Part shown: piece after piece, positions 1 through 9,584 of the stretch
How the letters are laid out: every line of letters starts with the position of its first letter
How positions within the stretch are numbered: position 1 is the first letter of the stretch
IMG/VR virus record: IMGVR_UViG_3300037454_000906
Location: 96,001-160,000 of that record
Length of the DNA stretch: 64,000 bases
Origin: a virus
Reading direction: 5' to 3' (one strand)
Position numbers and translations under genes: made by a program
Notes under the pieces: model-generated
The model's database searches: none
What the model was told of the DNA's origin: nothing
What the model saw: only the letters and a program-made list of their open reading frames with translations

Positions 1-501
1 CACGTAGCGCAGATGGTAGCCGCACGGGATTGTCTTGTAGTAGTCATAATCCCTGTAGGGGAATTCACCGAAACGAAACACCTTGCCGATGAAGCGCACA
101 TTCGCCACGCTGAACACGTCCGTCTTCTGGTGGTCCCAGGTCCAGTATGTTTCCTCATGGCAATGGCGGTCCTTGCCCTCGCCCTCGCACACGGTGCGGT
201 GATGCTTGGTGTACCTTTCCAGTTCGCGCCTGATGGACATGACCCCGCTTACGTTCTCGTCCTTCGCCTCGCCGATGGCGGACAGGGTTCCGTAGGCGAA
301 AGTGGAACCGTAGTTCGTGGCGAAAACGTAGTTGAACTGCAAGGAGTCGTTGTTAATCTGGACGGCCTTGGTGTACACGGCATTCTTGTCGCGCATGTGG
401 TTGTCGATCGTGTCGGAAATCTTGATGCCGAACATCAGGGCCAGACCGACAATGCCGATGGAGAAGATTACTTCTCGGAATGTGACTTCAAAATCGTTCA
501 T
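1..501 (-). CDS. LemA-associated membrane protein (runs off window start)
   Basis: Hand-translated open frame MNDFEVTFREVIFSIGIVGLALMFGIKIS...; N-terminal TM; ATG 1 nt after the lemA stop. Confidence 0.7.
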   Translation of the reverse strand, partial: MNDFEVTFREVIFSIGIVGLALMFGIKISDTIDNHMRDKNAVYTKAVQINNDSLQFNYVFATNYGSTFAYGTLSAIGEAKDENVSGVMSIRRELERYTKHHRTVCEGEGKDRHCHEETYWTWDHQKTDVFSVANVRFIGKVFRFGEFPYRDYDYYKTIPCGYHLRYV

Positions 502-502
502 G

Positions 503-1048
503 TTAGAGGAGGTTTCTCGGTGCGTCTACAGGTGCGTCGTATTTCAGGTAATCGAATGACTGGATTTCATATCCGGTAAGGGAGAGGAAAATTGATGCCG
601 GGAAGGAACGGACATAGCGCTTGTATTCCTTCACGCTCTGGTTGTAGTTCTCACGCACGGCAGCAATCTTGTTCTCGGTCAATGCCAGTTCCGTCATGTA
701 CTGGCGGTAATTCTGGTTTGCCTTCAATTCCGGGTAGCGTTCTGCCACGGCCTGGATGTAGGCACTGGCGTTAACCTGCTGGTTGGAATTTTCCTTGGGG
801 CCGCGGGCCTTGGCGAGTTCCACGATGACCTCGCTTTCGTGCTTGTTGTAGCTCTTGACGGCATCCGCCAGGTTGTAGAGGAGGTCCACTCGGCGCTTCT
901 GGTACACGTCGATGTCCGAGAAGGCGGTGTTCACCTGTTCTTCCATGGAGATTGCGGAGTTGCGGTAGGAGAAGCATCCCACGACACAGGCGCCAACGAG
1001 GGCAGCGATTGCGAAGAGGAAGATGAGGGTGATCTTGAGGTATTGCAT
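503..1048 (-). CDS. lemA: LemA family protein
   Basis: N-terminal TM, then YQKRRVDLLYNL, AERYPELKAN and LTENKIAAVRENYN..V..Y..Y...FP motifs. Confidence 0.9.
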   Translation of the reverse strand: MQYLKITLIFLFAIAALVGACVVGCFSYRNSAISMEEQVNTAFSDIDVYQKRRVDLLYNLADAVKSYNKHESEVIVELAKARGPKENSNQQVNASAYIQAVAERYPELKANQNYRQYMTELALTENKIAAVRENYNQSVKEYKRYVRSFPASIFLSLTGYEIQSFDYLKYDAPVDAPRNLL

Positions 1049-1073
1049 TTTTGTTTCCTTTGTGATTTATTGA

Positions 1074-1643
1074 TTAAACTTTATCCTTCGGGTTGGACGA
1101 CATCGCCTGATATTGCTCCAACGGATGCACGGGTTCCAGTCCTTCGACGATTTCCACGACCATGCCGGCATCACGTGCCTCGCGTACCGTTTTTAACAGG
1201 TCTTTCAACATCTTCCGTGAATTGAACAGCTCCCTGGTGACTTCCGAAATCACGAAGGTATCTTTCAGCGGTTCGGGTTCCGGAAACCCGTCATTACATG
1301 GAACTTCCACTACAGGTATTTCCTCGCCGGTTTCCGCATTCACCTCAATCAGATGTTCAGAAGGATCTTCATGGCACATCTGCAACGTGCGTTCCGTGGT
1401 GATATACTTGACATTGCTGATGAGTATAGCACAATTACCACGCATTTCTTTGGGGGTTTCACGCAACAGAAGCAGTATTGCACGCTTGCAATCCTCGTAG
1501 GTATTGAATTTCCACAGATGGAAATTGCGATCACCGAGTTCCTTCTCGACATCCTCGTCAAGCAGCTCATTCATCGTGTCGATAATGAATACGTATTTCC
1601 CGGAATCGTGGAGCCTCTTGGCATTGAGCATGGTATCTGACAT
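1074..1643 (-). CDS. hypothetical protein
   Basis: 189-aa ORF with AAGGA RBS and upstream promoter. Confidence 0.7.
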   Translation of the reverse strand: MSDTMLNAKRLHDSGKYVFIIDTMNELLDEDVEKELGDRNFHLWKFNTYEDCKRAILLLLRETPKEMRGNCAILISNVKYITTERTLQMCHEDPSEHLIEVNAETGEEIPVVEVPCNDGFPEPEPLKDTFVISEVTRELFNSRKMLKDLLKTVREARDAGMVVEIVEGLEPVHPLEQYQAMSSNPKDKV

Positions 1644-1667
1644 CTTTATTCCTTATTTTACACGGTA

Positions 1668-1696
1668 AATATAGCAAACTCGGGAATGTATGGCAA
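1668..1696 (-). promoter_or_regulatory. sigma70-type phage early promoter
   Basis: TTGCCA-N17-TATATT. Confidence 0.75.
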
Positions 1697-2218
1697 CTAT
1701 CGGGAGAATGCCTGTACCTCCATGAAGTCGTTCTTATTCAGTGGAGAACCCTTCTCCTTGGCCGACTGAATCAATTCTTCAAGAAATGCATCCTTGTACA
1801 CACCGCGAATTATTGCAGAAACGACAGCGGCATGATGCTGACACTCGTTAGTGTTTACCCCATGGCACTGGTAGCACCATCCATTCACTTCCTCAAATTT
1901 TAGGTTTCCCTCATCTCCCCATTCCTTCCCGGTTCGTATATTCCACGTGAACATGGGACGTACCTTGTTATCAAGTATGCGCAATGCATCGATGAAACGA
2001 CGCATATCAGAATCAATAGTGTCCGGAATGAAACGGTAATGTACCTCGGGGCTATACGAAGTACGCCCTTCGTAATAATAACAGCCGGTTCGGTAAAATG
2101 GGTAACAATATTTACCTTTGTATTGAGTGCCGTGCATTTTATCAAATACGATCTTGGCAGACTCTTTGAGTTCAGCAAACGCTGTCTCGATGTCTTCAAT
2201 TACTTTCGAAAAATCCAT
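1697..2218 (-). CDS. hypothetical protein
   Basis: ORF; start MDFSKV follows AAGGAG. Confidence 0.7.
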   Translation of the reverse strand: MDFSKVIEDIETAFAELKESAKIVFDKMHGTQYKGKYCYPFYRTGCYYYEGRTSYSPEVHYRFIPDTIDSDMRRFIDALRILDNKVRPMFTWNIRTGKEWGDEGNLKFEEVNGWCYQCHGVNTNECQHHAAVVSAIIRGVYKDAFLEELIQSAKEKGSPLNKNDFMEVQAFSR

Positions 2219-2228
2219 GATTTTCTCC

Positions 2229-3230
2229 TTATACAATGTAATCGGTCACCACCTCGTTCGTCACGGCACCCTTGCGCCTGTATGCGAAGTGCGCCTTGAC
2301 GAGTACGGTCTTGCCGCGCATCCGCGCATAGTGCGCATGGACGAGCCAGCAGGGGACATTGAAGTTCGAGTATTCCCTAGTGCTCGTTAGTGCAGGTGAA
2401 TACTTCTTCCAGTTGTCGTCGGTGATGTGGATGTAGCGGTATGCCACGGAATGCTTCAACGGCTTCTTGCCGGCGTAGATTGCCTTGCGGTCCGTCTCGT
2501 TCCTGGAATCCTGAGGCTCGGATACAGGCTGGCAAGTACGCAGCTCCTCGGCAATCCATAGGTTGGCCAGCAGGCCCTCCACGTCGAATATGTTGCCTGT
2601 CTTGGAGTTGTCGTATTCGTCGTCGTATACGATGTCCGCCCCCTTCATGTCCTTGTCGCGCACTTCCTCGGCGACCGGGATGTTGAAGAATTCGTTCTCT
2701 CCCTGCTTCGGGTCACGACGGTGGACGAGGTAGCACATCTCCTGGGAAGCCATGAGGTAGATGTAGTCGAGGTGGCCGTTGAGCGGAAGCTCGATAAGTT
2801 CCTCGTAGAAGGAGGAACGGATTCCGGGCTGCACCTCTTCTTCGGGGTTCGCCTTGGCCATGTCGGCCAGGTGTTTCCTGTATTCCATGCGGAGCTCCTT
2901 GGTGGGGGCTCCCAGGGACATAAGGAACTCGGTGGCCCTGAGGGACAGCTTGCGCATGCGGCACCGTTCGCCAGGGTAGATGTAGGAATCGCAGAGGTAC
3001 GGGTTGATGTCGACGTTAAAGGCACCGCTGAGATCGACCTTCTCGTGGGTCTTCTCGTACTCATGTACCGTGAACGGCAGGACTTTGAGTCTGCGTTTGC
3101 GGTTGATGGACTTGTCCGCCGTCAGGGCCTCCTTCACCATGGGAATGGTATCAGACACCCCGAGTACCTGGTGTACGCGGCGCAGGACTAAGTCGTTGCA
3201 GTTGAAGACGATAGGGTTTACGGTTTCCAT
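2229..3230 (-). CDS. conserved phage hypothetical protein (C-terminal VxxH..R motif type)
   Basis: Long ORF ending WLVHAHYARMRGKTVLVKAHFAYRRKG; ATG 6 nt after the -10 box. Confidence 0.75.
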   Translation of the reverse strand: METVNPIVFNCNDLVLRRVHQVLGVSDTIPMVKEALTADKSINRKRRLKVLPFTVHEYEKTHEKVDLSGAFNVDINPYLCDSYIYPGERCRMRKLSLRATEFLMSLGAPTKELRMEYRKHLADMAKANPEEEVQPGIRSSFYEELIELPLNGHLDYIYLMASQEMCYLVHRRDPKQGENEFFNIPVAEEVRDKDMKGADIVYDDEYDNSKTGNIFDVEGLLANLWIAEELRTCQPVSEPQDSRNETDRKAIYAGKKPLKHSVAYRYIHITDDNWKKYSPALTSTREYSNFNVPCWLVHAHYARMRGKTVLVKAHFAYRRKGAVTNEVVTDYIV

Positions 3231-3236
3231 GCTCAA

Positions 3237-3265
3237 AATGTAGCATTGTGCGAATCGGATGGCAA
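3237..3265 (-). promoter_or_regulatory. early promoter, leaderless
   Basis: TTGCCA-N17-TACATT-N6-ATG. Confidence 0.75.
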
Positions 3266-3359
3266 CTTATGTCGGATTTTTGAAAAAATCGACACAATTT
3301 TTCGAATTTCCGGTGCGTTTTGATGTAGTTTCCCGGTAAGAAATAATATAGGAGGTACC

Positions 3360-4739
3360 ATGGGATACCGAGGAAACGACCATCTTCGTCCGGCCACAGA
3401 GGAAATCTCGCTACTGCCTTGGCAGCAAGAGGAAATCATGAAGTGTGCCGATGACCCGGAATACTTCATCCGGAACTACTGCTACATCCACACGAAGGAT
3501 GCCGGGATGCAGCTATTCAACCTGCGACCAAGGCAGGCACAGGAACTGAAAAACATGCAGGAACACCGCTTCATAAAGGGAGACTGGTACAGGCAATCCG
3601 GCTATTCGACAACCGTACTGGCTTACATGCTATGGGATACCATATTCTCGGAAACCCCGCACTTCAACGTCTACATGGGCGAAAAGGAAGACAGGGCCAA
3701 GGAAGAATTCTACAAGGTGAAGCAGATGTACCTTAACTTGCCATACTGGATGCAACCGGGTGTGAAACATTGGACGAATGAAGCCATATGTATGGCTGAC
3801 GGCAGGCGTTTCATTGCAACCGTACCGTCCCCGGACACCGTTCGAGGATTTTCGCCGTACATACTGTTTGTCGACGACTTTGGGTTATACACGGACAATC
3901 GCGCATTGAACCTGGTACAATCCGTGTTCCCGACCATCATGTCCGGCAACAGCAGGCACCTGATTACTGGCAGCAGTCACAAGTTCGGAAACCAGACACC
4001 ATTCAACCTCACGTTCTGGAAAAACTCAGAGAAGCACTTCTTCGTATCCGAGAACACCTGGGACACCGATACCCAACATGATGAAGAATGGGCCAGGGCA
4101 GAACGCCAAAAAATCGGCGACTTCAAGTTCGAACGCTTCTACTGCGGCAAGATTGTCCAGGATGTCATGGACCAGCCGGAAAAGGAAGAACCGCCCAAAA
4201 TCTTCTGGTCCAACAAGATCGACCAAATACCGGACCTGATTCGCCGTACCCGCTGGAATGCAAAGTTCCATTCCCGCAACGATGACTGGGAGACCATAAA
4301 CGACCACCTGTCCGTCATCAACATGGCACATGACAGTGTAGAGTACATGGGCCACAGTTATCCCGCCCTACGGTTCTTCGTAAGGAATGACGAGGGAATG
4401 ATACCCACCGCAATGTTCCTGGAAGGGTACGTGACGGTGGACCTGAATATCTACGACTTTAAGTTGGGTAACATCGTGGCGACTACACGATACAGGTGTC
4501 TGTGCCTCAGGTCCCTTATCCAGCCTGACCCGCTCGTGTATGAAGGTGATAACCCGAAATACATGAACACAGTGATTACCCTGATTGTCCTGGATACCTG
4601 CCCAATCATCGAAGGCGCCGGCGGTATGCGTGAACTACCCGACGAAGCGGATGAGATATCGCTGAACCGTATACTACAGGAACGAAGCGGACGAAGGGCG
4701 GCAATATCGGAATTCCTGGAAGATGCTTGCATGCCATAA
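3360..4739 (+). CDS. T4 gp17-like terminase ATPase paralogue with degenerate Walker motifs and an unrelated C-terminus
   Basis: EIMKCADDPEYFIRNY; RQSGYST in place of RQxGKS/T; VRGFSPYILFVDDF in place of YxDE; no nuclease DxxxG motif seen. Confidence 0.8.
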   Translation: MGYRGNDHLRPATEEISLLPWQQEEIMKCADDPEYFIRNYCYIHTKDAGMQLFNLRPRQAQELKNMQEHRFIKGDWYRQSGYSTTVLAYMLWDTIFSETPHFNVYMGEKEDRAKEEFYKVKQMYLNLPYWMQPGVKHWTNEAICMADGRRFIATVPSPDTVRGFSPYILFVDDFGLYTDNRALNLVQSVFPTIMSGNSRHLITGSSHKFGNQTPFNLTFWKNSEKHFFVSENTWDTDTQHDEEWARAERQKIGDFKFERFYCGKIVQDVMDQPEKEEPPKIFWSNKIDQIPDLIRRTRWNAKFHSRNDDWETINDHLSVINMAHDSVEYMGHSYPALRFFVRNDEGMIPTAMFLEGYVTVDLNIYDFKLGNIVATTRYRCLCLRSLIQPDPLVYEGDNPKYMNTVITLIVLDTCPIIEGAGGMRELPDEADEISLNRILQERSGRRAAISEFLEDACMP

Positions 4740-4746
4740 CGAAAAA

Positions 4747-4764
4747 GGCCCGGAAATCCGGGCC
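4747..4764. terminator. bidirectional intrinsic terminator
   Basis: GGCCCGG-AAAT-CCGGGCC between convergent genes, T-rich tails on both strands. Confidence 0.8.
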
Positions 4765-4767
4765 ATT

Positions 4768-5232
4768 TCATTTTGCCTTGCTGAGGAGCGAATTGTACAA
4801 GTTCATCAGTGATCGCAGATGTTCGACTTCCATGGGCAGGAAAGGAAGCCTCAGATTAACGTTTTCGTATTCAATGGGTTGGATATCGACATACCGGAAC
4901 GTGTAAGTAACCCCAGTGGGATGACTGAAAGAACCCAAATGTTCATTGCACCACCTGGAAATCAGCTCATCACATACCGGCCCAAGCGATTTTCCTATGT
5001 TGAAATATGACAGGTGCTCCCTATTGCTGCAATGGAAGAACAGTAGAATATTCCATCCCGGTGCAACTTCGGCGGCTGCTGCGGCAGTCTCGTACGCATC
5101 CGGCTCCACGCCTATAAGGCGGGCAAGGGAGTACGCGTCATCGGAACGCCTCTCGTTTTTGAACTTCGCGATGACCTTCATGATGAACTTCGTTACAATC
5201 ATGGTGCAGATGGAAAGTTTCAGGTACTTCAT
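4768..5232 (-). CDS. hypothetical protein
   Basis: 154-aa ORF. Confidence 0.65.
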   Translation of the reverse strand: MKYLKLSICTMIVTKFIMKVIAKFKNERRSDDAYSLARLIGVEPDAYETAAAAAEVAPGWNILLFFHCSNREHLSYFNIGKSLGPVCDELISRWCNEHLGSFSHPTGVTYTFRYVDIQPIEYENVNLRLPFLPMEVEHLRSLMNLYNSLLSKAK

Positions 5233-5301
5233 GTATTATTTCGTTCCTTGTCCATGGCGGTAAACATGGGCCGGTTGTATACGTTGAGAAGCGCGGGCTG
5301 C

Positions 5302-5847
5302 TTATTGCCCTTCCTGCATCTGCATGGACAGGTCGATCGCATTCGCAATTTCGGTGGGCACCGGTACTTCGTCTAAGGGGACACGATACTTGACCATTTC
5401 CCTAACGAGCGTACTGGAGATGCACCTGTGCTGCGGCTTGGCGATGAGAGGAATGAACTCGAATCTGGTGCCGTGGCTGAACATCGAATACTGTTCGGAA
5501 AGCATGATTTCGGACGATGCGTCTTCCATAGTCCGGATTCCACGGACGATGTTCTTGCAACCGCCCAGATCATCGGCGTGTGCAATCATGTATCCCGGAA
5601 CCGTAGTATCTTCGGGGAGGATGTCAACCACGTATTTCTCCGGCTTGTTAAACGTGCGCAAGAGAGTGGCTTCGATGGCGGATTTCATGACATTTACCGG
5701 GATAAACCTCCCGGACTTGGCCGAGTTGGTGGAGATTAGTATGACGACCTTGTCGAACAGGACTCCCGCCCTAGCCACAATGTCGAGATGCCCGTTGGTG
5801 AACGGGTCAAATGACCCCGGGTATACGCATGTACGTTTGATTTCCAT
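5302..5847 (-). CDS. coaD: phosphopantetheine adenylyltransferase
   Basis: YPGSFDPFTNGHLDIVARA, IVRGIR..D...E, ISSTLVRE. Confidence 0.9.
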   Translation of the reverse strand: MEIKRTCVYPGSFDPFTNGHLDIVARAGVLFDKVVILISTNSAKSGRFIPVNVMKSAIEATLLRTFNKPEKYVVDILPEDTTVPGYMIAHADDLGGCKNIVRGIRTMEDASSEIMLSEQYSMFSHGTRFEFIPLIAKPQHRCISSTLVREMVKYRVPLDEVPVPTEIANAIDLSMQMQEGQ

Positions 5848-5857
5848 AATTATCTCC

Positions 5858-6619
5858 TTATTTTCCGTTTAACGTGTCACAAATCTGGTTCACGAGTGAA
5901 TCCAGCAGTTCCGGATCATCGTTGCGCAGTACAACCGGCATGATGACATTGGAATGGGAAGAATCGATGACTTCCTGGCAGTTTCTGTCAAGGTTTTCTT
6001 GCAGTGCCAAGGTCCTTCGGATCATCATTCCGTAATCGTCGAGTAGTTCCGCGTTGCGGCTGATTTCATCCGTTGTGGAACTATCATTCGCGTCACCTGT
6101 CCGTTCTACCCGGATGCCGAGGCGTTTACGGTATCTCTCCACGACACGGCTTACCTGTTCGTTTGGATCGCTTACCGTTATCCTGAATTGATGGATGCAC
6201 TCGGATGGGACGATATCCAGAATGGTCTTGATAATCCAGTTGAACCGATGCGGCGCCTCGATGAACACGGTACCCTCCAGACTGTACGTGGGATCGGGGG
6301 ACTGCGGTTCAAGCGCATAGGTGATAGCTTCCTTCAATGCGCAGATCAATGCATTTCGACTAATCCGGTCAAGCCATATGTAAGTGTCCATACTTTCCAT
6401 GGCTTCGTCGCGGATACCAGTGCTTAGGGAACCATCCGGCCCGATGACGCTCTGGTTGTACTTACCGAACAATACGGCGCGTACAGCGGGATTCACACGG
6501 AATACATCCTTGCGGAGCTGATCAGTATCAATTACCACATATCCACGCCTGCGGAGCATGTCTGAAATTGTACTCTTGCCGGTACCGATATGGCCCGTGA
6601 TTAATACTATGTTCTTCAT
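5858..6619 (-). CDS. coaE: dephospho-CoA kinase-like
   Basis: ITGHIGTGKSTISDML...G..VIDTD; adjacent to coaD. Confidence 0.8.
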   Translation of the reverse strand: MKNIVLITGHIGTGKSTISDMLRRRGYVVIDTDQLRKDVFRVNPAVRAVLFGKYNQSVIGPDGSLSTGIRDEAMESMDTYIWLDRISRNALICALKEAITYALEPQSPDPTYSLEGTVFIEAPHRFNWIIKTILDIVPSECIHQFRITVSDPNEQVSRVVERYRKRLGIRVERTGDANDSSTTDEISRNAELLDDYGMMIRRTLALQENLDRNCQEVIDSSHSNVIMPVVLRNDDPELLDSLVNQICDTLNGK

Positions 6620-7092
6620 TGTTGGTTTCCTTGTGTCTGGCGCAATGCAGCTAAGTCATTCTCCTCGGCACTACGTAAAAGGTTGTTGTATACGTTGTTC
6701 AATGCGAACAACAATTCGGACTGTAGTGGCCATATGGTGTGCTGCCACATGTCGCATTTCCGGTAGGTTGACCGCACGCCGGTATATGTCACTTCTCCGG
6801 TGGTTGGGAGGTGTCCATAACACCAGATGTTCAACAGGATGTCCGCCGATGTGCCGAGCGAGTACCCGAGCTCGTAATCCATGCGCTGTCCGGACTTGTC
6901 ACGGAAGCATACGTACAGATAGAGATTGTCGAACCGTCTCGCACGGTTGTTGGCACTCCGCCACATGTCGGGTGATATGCCATCGGGAACATTGGTATAT
7001 CCAGAACGGCCAATGGTGGCCATGCAATACATCTTCTTAGCGAAGGCGCCAAGTATGCATCCATATATTGTCAGGATGAACCATTTCTTCAT
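6616..7092 (-). CDS. hypothetical protein
   Basis: ORF with ATGA overlaps at both ends. Confidence 0.65.
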   Translation of the reverse strand: MKKWFILTIYGCILGAFAKKMYCMATIGRSGYTNVPDGISPDMWRSANNRARRFDNLYLYVCFRDKSGQRMDYELGYSLGTSADILLNIWCYGHLPTTGEVTYTGVRSTYRKCDMWQHTIWPLQSELLFALNNVYNNLLRSAEENDLAALRQTQGNQQ

Positions 7093-7868
7093 GATAGGGT
7101 AGTATCCTGGAATATCCGTTCCACGGGGTTACCCTCGCATGTCTCGTTTCCGCGGTAGCGATGGGTGTCATAGCGAGGATCCTGTCCGATGATGCCGTAT
7201 GTGGCGGAATCCGCGAGCGGCGAAGTCTTGCATATGCTGAACAAGGCATTGTCAAGGTATGGATACCTCCGCATCTCATTGAGCAGGTGGTCTATTATGA
7301 AATCGACATAGCCCAGATACGCCCCGTTGAAGCAGATGAACCCCTTGTTGATCCCAACCATAAGCAGCTTGAACTCCTTGCGCCTGGACACGAAATCATA
7401 TACCGCCTCGGTGATGTGCGGATATGTCGCGGAAAACACGTCATCCAGTACCATGAGGCCACCAGGTTTCAAGAGACGCGAGCACATTTCCAGGTCCTGC
7501 TCCACGCATTCGAGGGAATGCCCCCCGTCAATATGGATGAAGTCCATACAACGACCCACTACCTTGTCCAGGTCGGCAAAACAGGACATTGCCTGGTACC
7601 CATGTATCTTGTCCTCGGGAAGCCCGGCATGCTTCGTCACGTTTTCATATGTTGCCTTCCAGTGTCCAGGGTCACATTCAATGTACCTGAACTCCCCGGA
7701 CGTATTTGACGCAATTATGACCGATGTTCTCCCATCCCATGTACCGATTTCCAGGGTATTCTCAGGTTCAATATACCTCAGGAAACAATCCATCAGGACC
7801 ATGGCTTCGTAGTTGTTGAACCCATGTATGGTCTCGATGGAATGCATGTCGAATATTTGGTTACGCAT
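7089..7868 (-). CDS. class I SAM-dependent methyltransferase (Methyltransf_24-like)
   Basis: LEIGTWDGRT, DFIHIDGGHS, LKPGGLMVLDD. Confidence 0.85.
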   Translation of the reverse strand: MRNQIFDMHSIETIHGFNNYEAMVLMDCFLRYIEPENTLEIGTWDGRTSVIIASNTSGEFRYIECDPGHWKATYENVTKHAGLPEDKIHGYQAMSCFADLDKVVGRCMDFIHIDGGHSLECVEQDLEMCSRLLKPGGLMVLDDVFSATYPHITEAVYDFVSRRKEFKLLMVGINKGFICFNGAYLGYVDFIIDHLLNEMRRYPYLDNALFSICKTSPLADSATYGIIGQDPRYDTHRYRGNETCEGNPVERIFQDTTLS

Positions 7869-8792
7869 CTTCGCGAATCTCTTTGTAGAAGTTATGTTCC
7901 GGGCGTATGTCGAACTCGATGTCAATATATTTAAGGGGGTGACCATATTCACCCTTGCGGTGGCACGAGTGGCAGTAACCGCATTCCGCAAAGCGGATTA
8001 GCCCTTTCCCGGGTTTGTCCGTTATCTCGTCATTCACGTAAACCGCACAATCGCTCTGGTCTTCGCAGGACACGGTGAGTGATTCGACACCAAAGGCCTT
8101 AAGATTCTCGTAAATTTCCTTTTTGTCGGTGTGCGCCAAGGGGAATTTCAACGGGGGTACACGGAATATCTTCTCGTTGGGATGATATATCGCATGGGAA
8201 ATCTTCATTACGGACTTGTACATACCCCTCAGTTCGGGAACATAGTACAGCGCATCGTCTCCGTCGACGAATCCAGCCTGGATTGATTCGAGCTTTCCAA
8301 GATATCCCTTGCCATGAACCCGAGCGAGAATATGTTGATTGGCTGTTGAATCAATCCATGCTTGTCTGCCATGCCGGCGCGCCACCCATTGATTGCACAA
8401 TATGGATCCTGCAACAAGTGGCCGTACTTACGATTCAGGGACTGTAGGGCCACCATGGTCATGAGACGATAAACCGGAAAGTCGCTATTGATTTCGTTGA
8501 TAATGGGGAGGACGTTCTTGCCCTGTTCCATTTCTCTAGCGGCGAGGTAGGTGCTATCCATGCCCCCGCTAAACAGAATGCCCACCGTGCCAATCGGTAC
8601 ATTACGCGGAACGTGCCGGGTGCTGATCGTGTCGTCGGATTCCATTTGGAATTCGTCCTTCAGCACGGCCTCAACTGCCGATTTCCAGCAATATACCCTT
8701 CTCCACGGAGGTTCGGGTGCTTTCATCTCCGATTTCGGGTGTTCAGATACTCTGATCACAGGCGCACCTTCTTGCTCTTCAGTTTCCCGCAT
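7861..8792 (-). pseudogene. QueC/ExsB-like PP-loop ATPase split by a 1-nt frameshift near 8295
   Basis: SGGMDS in one frame; GFVDGDDA, PL...K, SC and CGYCHSC in the other; one extra A in GGAAAG would fuse them. Confidence 0.7.
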
Positions 8793-8938
8793 TTTACGCA
8801 GCGCATGACATACACGCGGTACCCGTCATGGTCCTTCTTGTCAATGATTTCATAAGAATGGATGCAGAACTTGTGGGTGAGCCAGACGACCATGGCGAGC
8901 GTAATCGCCGCCAGGGTCGCAATTATGATAATATTCAT
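8756..8938 (-). CDS. small membrane protein with C-terminal CxxC
   Basis: TM helix followed by RCVKCGK. Confidence 0.65.
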   Translation of the reverse strand: MNIIIIATLAAITLAMVVWLTHKFCIHSYEIIDKKDHDGYRVYVMRCVKCGKLKSKKVRL

Positions 8939-8948
8939 TTTGCTGTCC

Positions 8949-9578
8949 TTATGCCATTATGTAGATTGGTGTATTCTCGTCCGTGTGAATGGAGACGATG
9001 TCCTTGCGCTCGCCGTACACCTCGGTAAACTTCTGGTACAAGCATCTCTTGAAGAGAATATGGTAACCCGTCTTGCTTTGTAGGACGAGCGAAACCTTTT
9101 CGCCTGCGGGGAGACAGTTTTCTTCGAGGAACTTCACATACTCAAGTGTCCTCGAGGAAATGGCCTCGTCGCTTTCGCCGGGAGCCCGGTCGACATCCAC
9201 CAGGTAGACACCGCGACGGCTGGGCTTGGTTTCGTCGAACACGGACGGATAAATCACCCCCGCGAACGGGAAGTTGTTGGACGTTGCATTCATTGCGAGC
9301 TGGTAGGCGAGCTTGGCGTTCACCTCGCGAAGGTCCTTCGCGTTCACGCCAATGACAATGCGTCCACCGCGGGACACATGTTCGATCATGCTGGGCTTGA
9401 TCTGTTCAAGCTCCTGCACGTTGTGAATGTACCAGTGCTTTCCCGCCTGCGAACCACGGTCGGTGACTCCGTCCTTGCGACGTTTGAGCCACATGATGTG
9501 GAATGCCTCGTAGGGCCTGATGTCCTGGGATTCAATCCAGGACCGAATGATATCGTAATTGTTTCTAATAAGTTCCAT
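8949..9578 (-). CDS. phage protein with AEP/primpol-like motifs
   Basis: LKRRKD, LVDVD (DxD), SKTGYHIL (sxxGxH). Confidence 0.45.
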   Translation of the reverse strand: MELIRNNYDIIRSWIESQDIRPYEAFHIMWLKRRKDGVTDRGSQAGKHWYIHNVQELEQIKPSMIEHVSRGGRIVIGVNAKDLREVNAKLAYQLAMNATSNNFPFAGVIYPSVFDETKPSRRGVYLVDVDRAPGESDEAISSRTLEYVKFLEENCLPAGEKVSLVLQSKTGYHILFKRCLYQKFTEVYGERKDIVSIHTDENTPIYIMA

Positions 9579-9584
9579 GTCGGT

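Noticed and set aside
3360-4739. Functional DNA packaging module
   Set aside because: Catalytic residues and the nuclease domain are missing, and no small terminase, portal or head genes are nearby.
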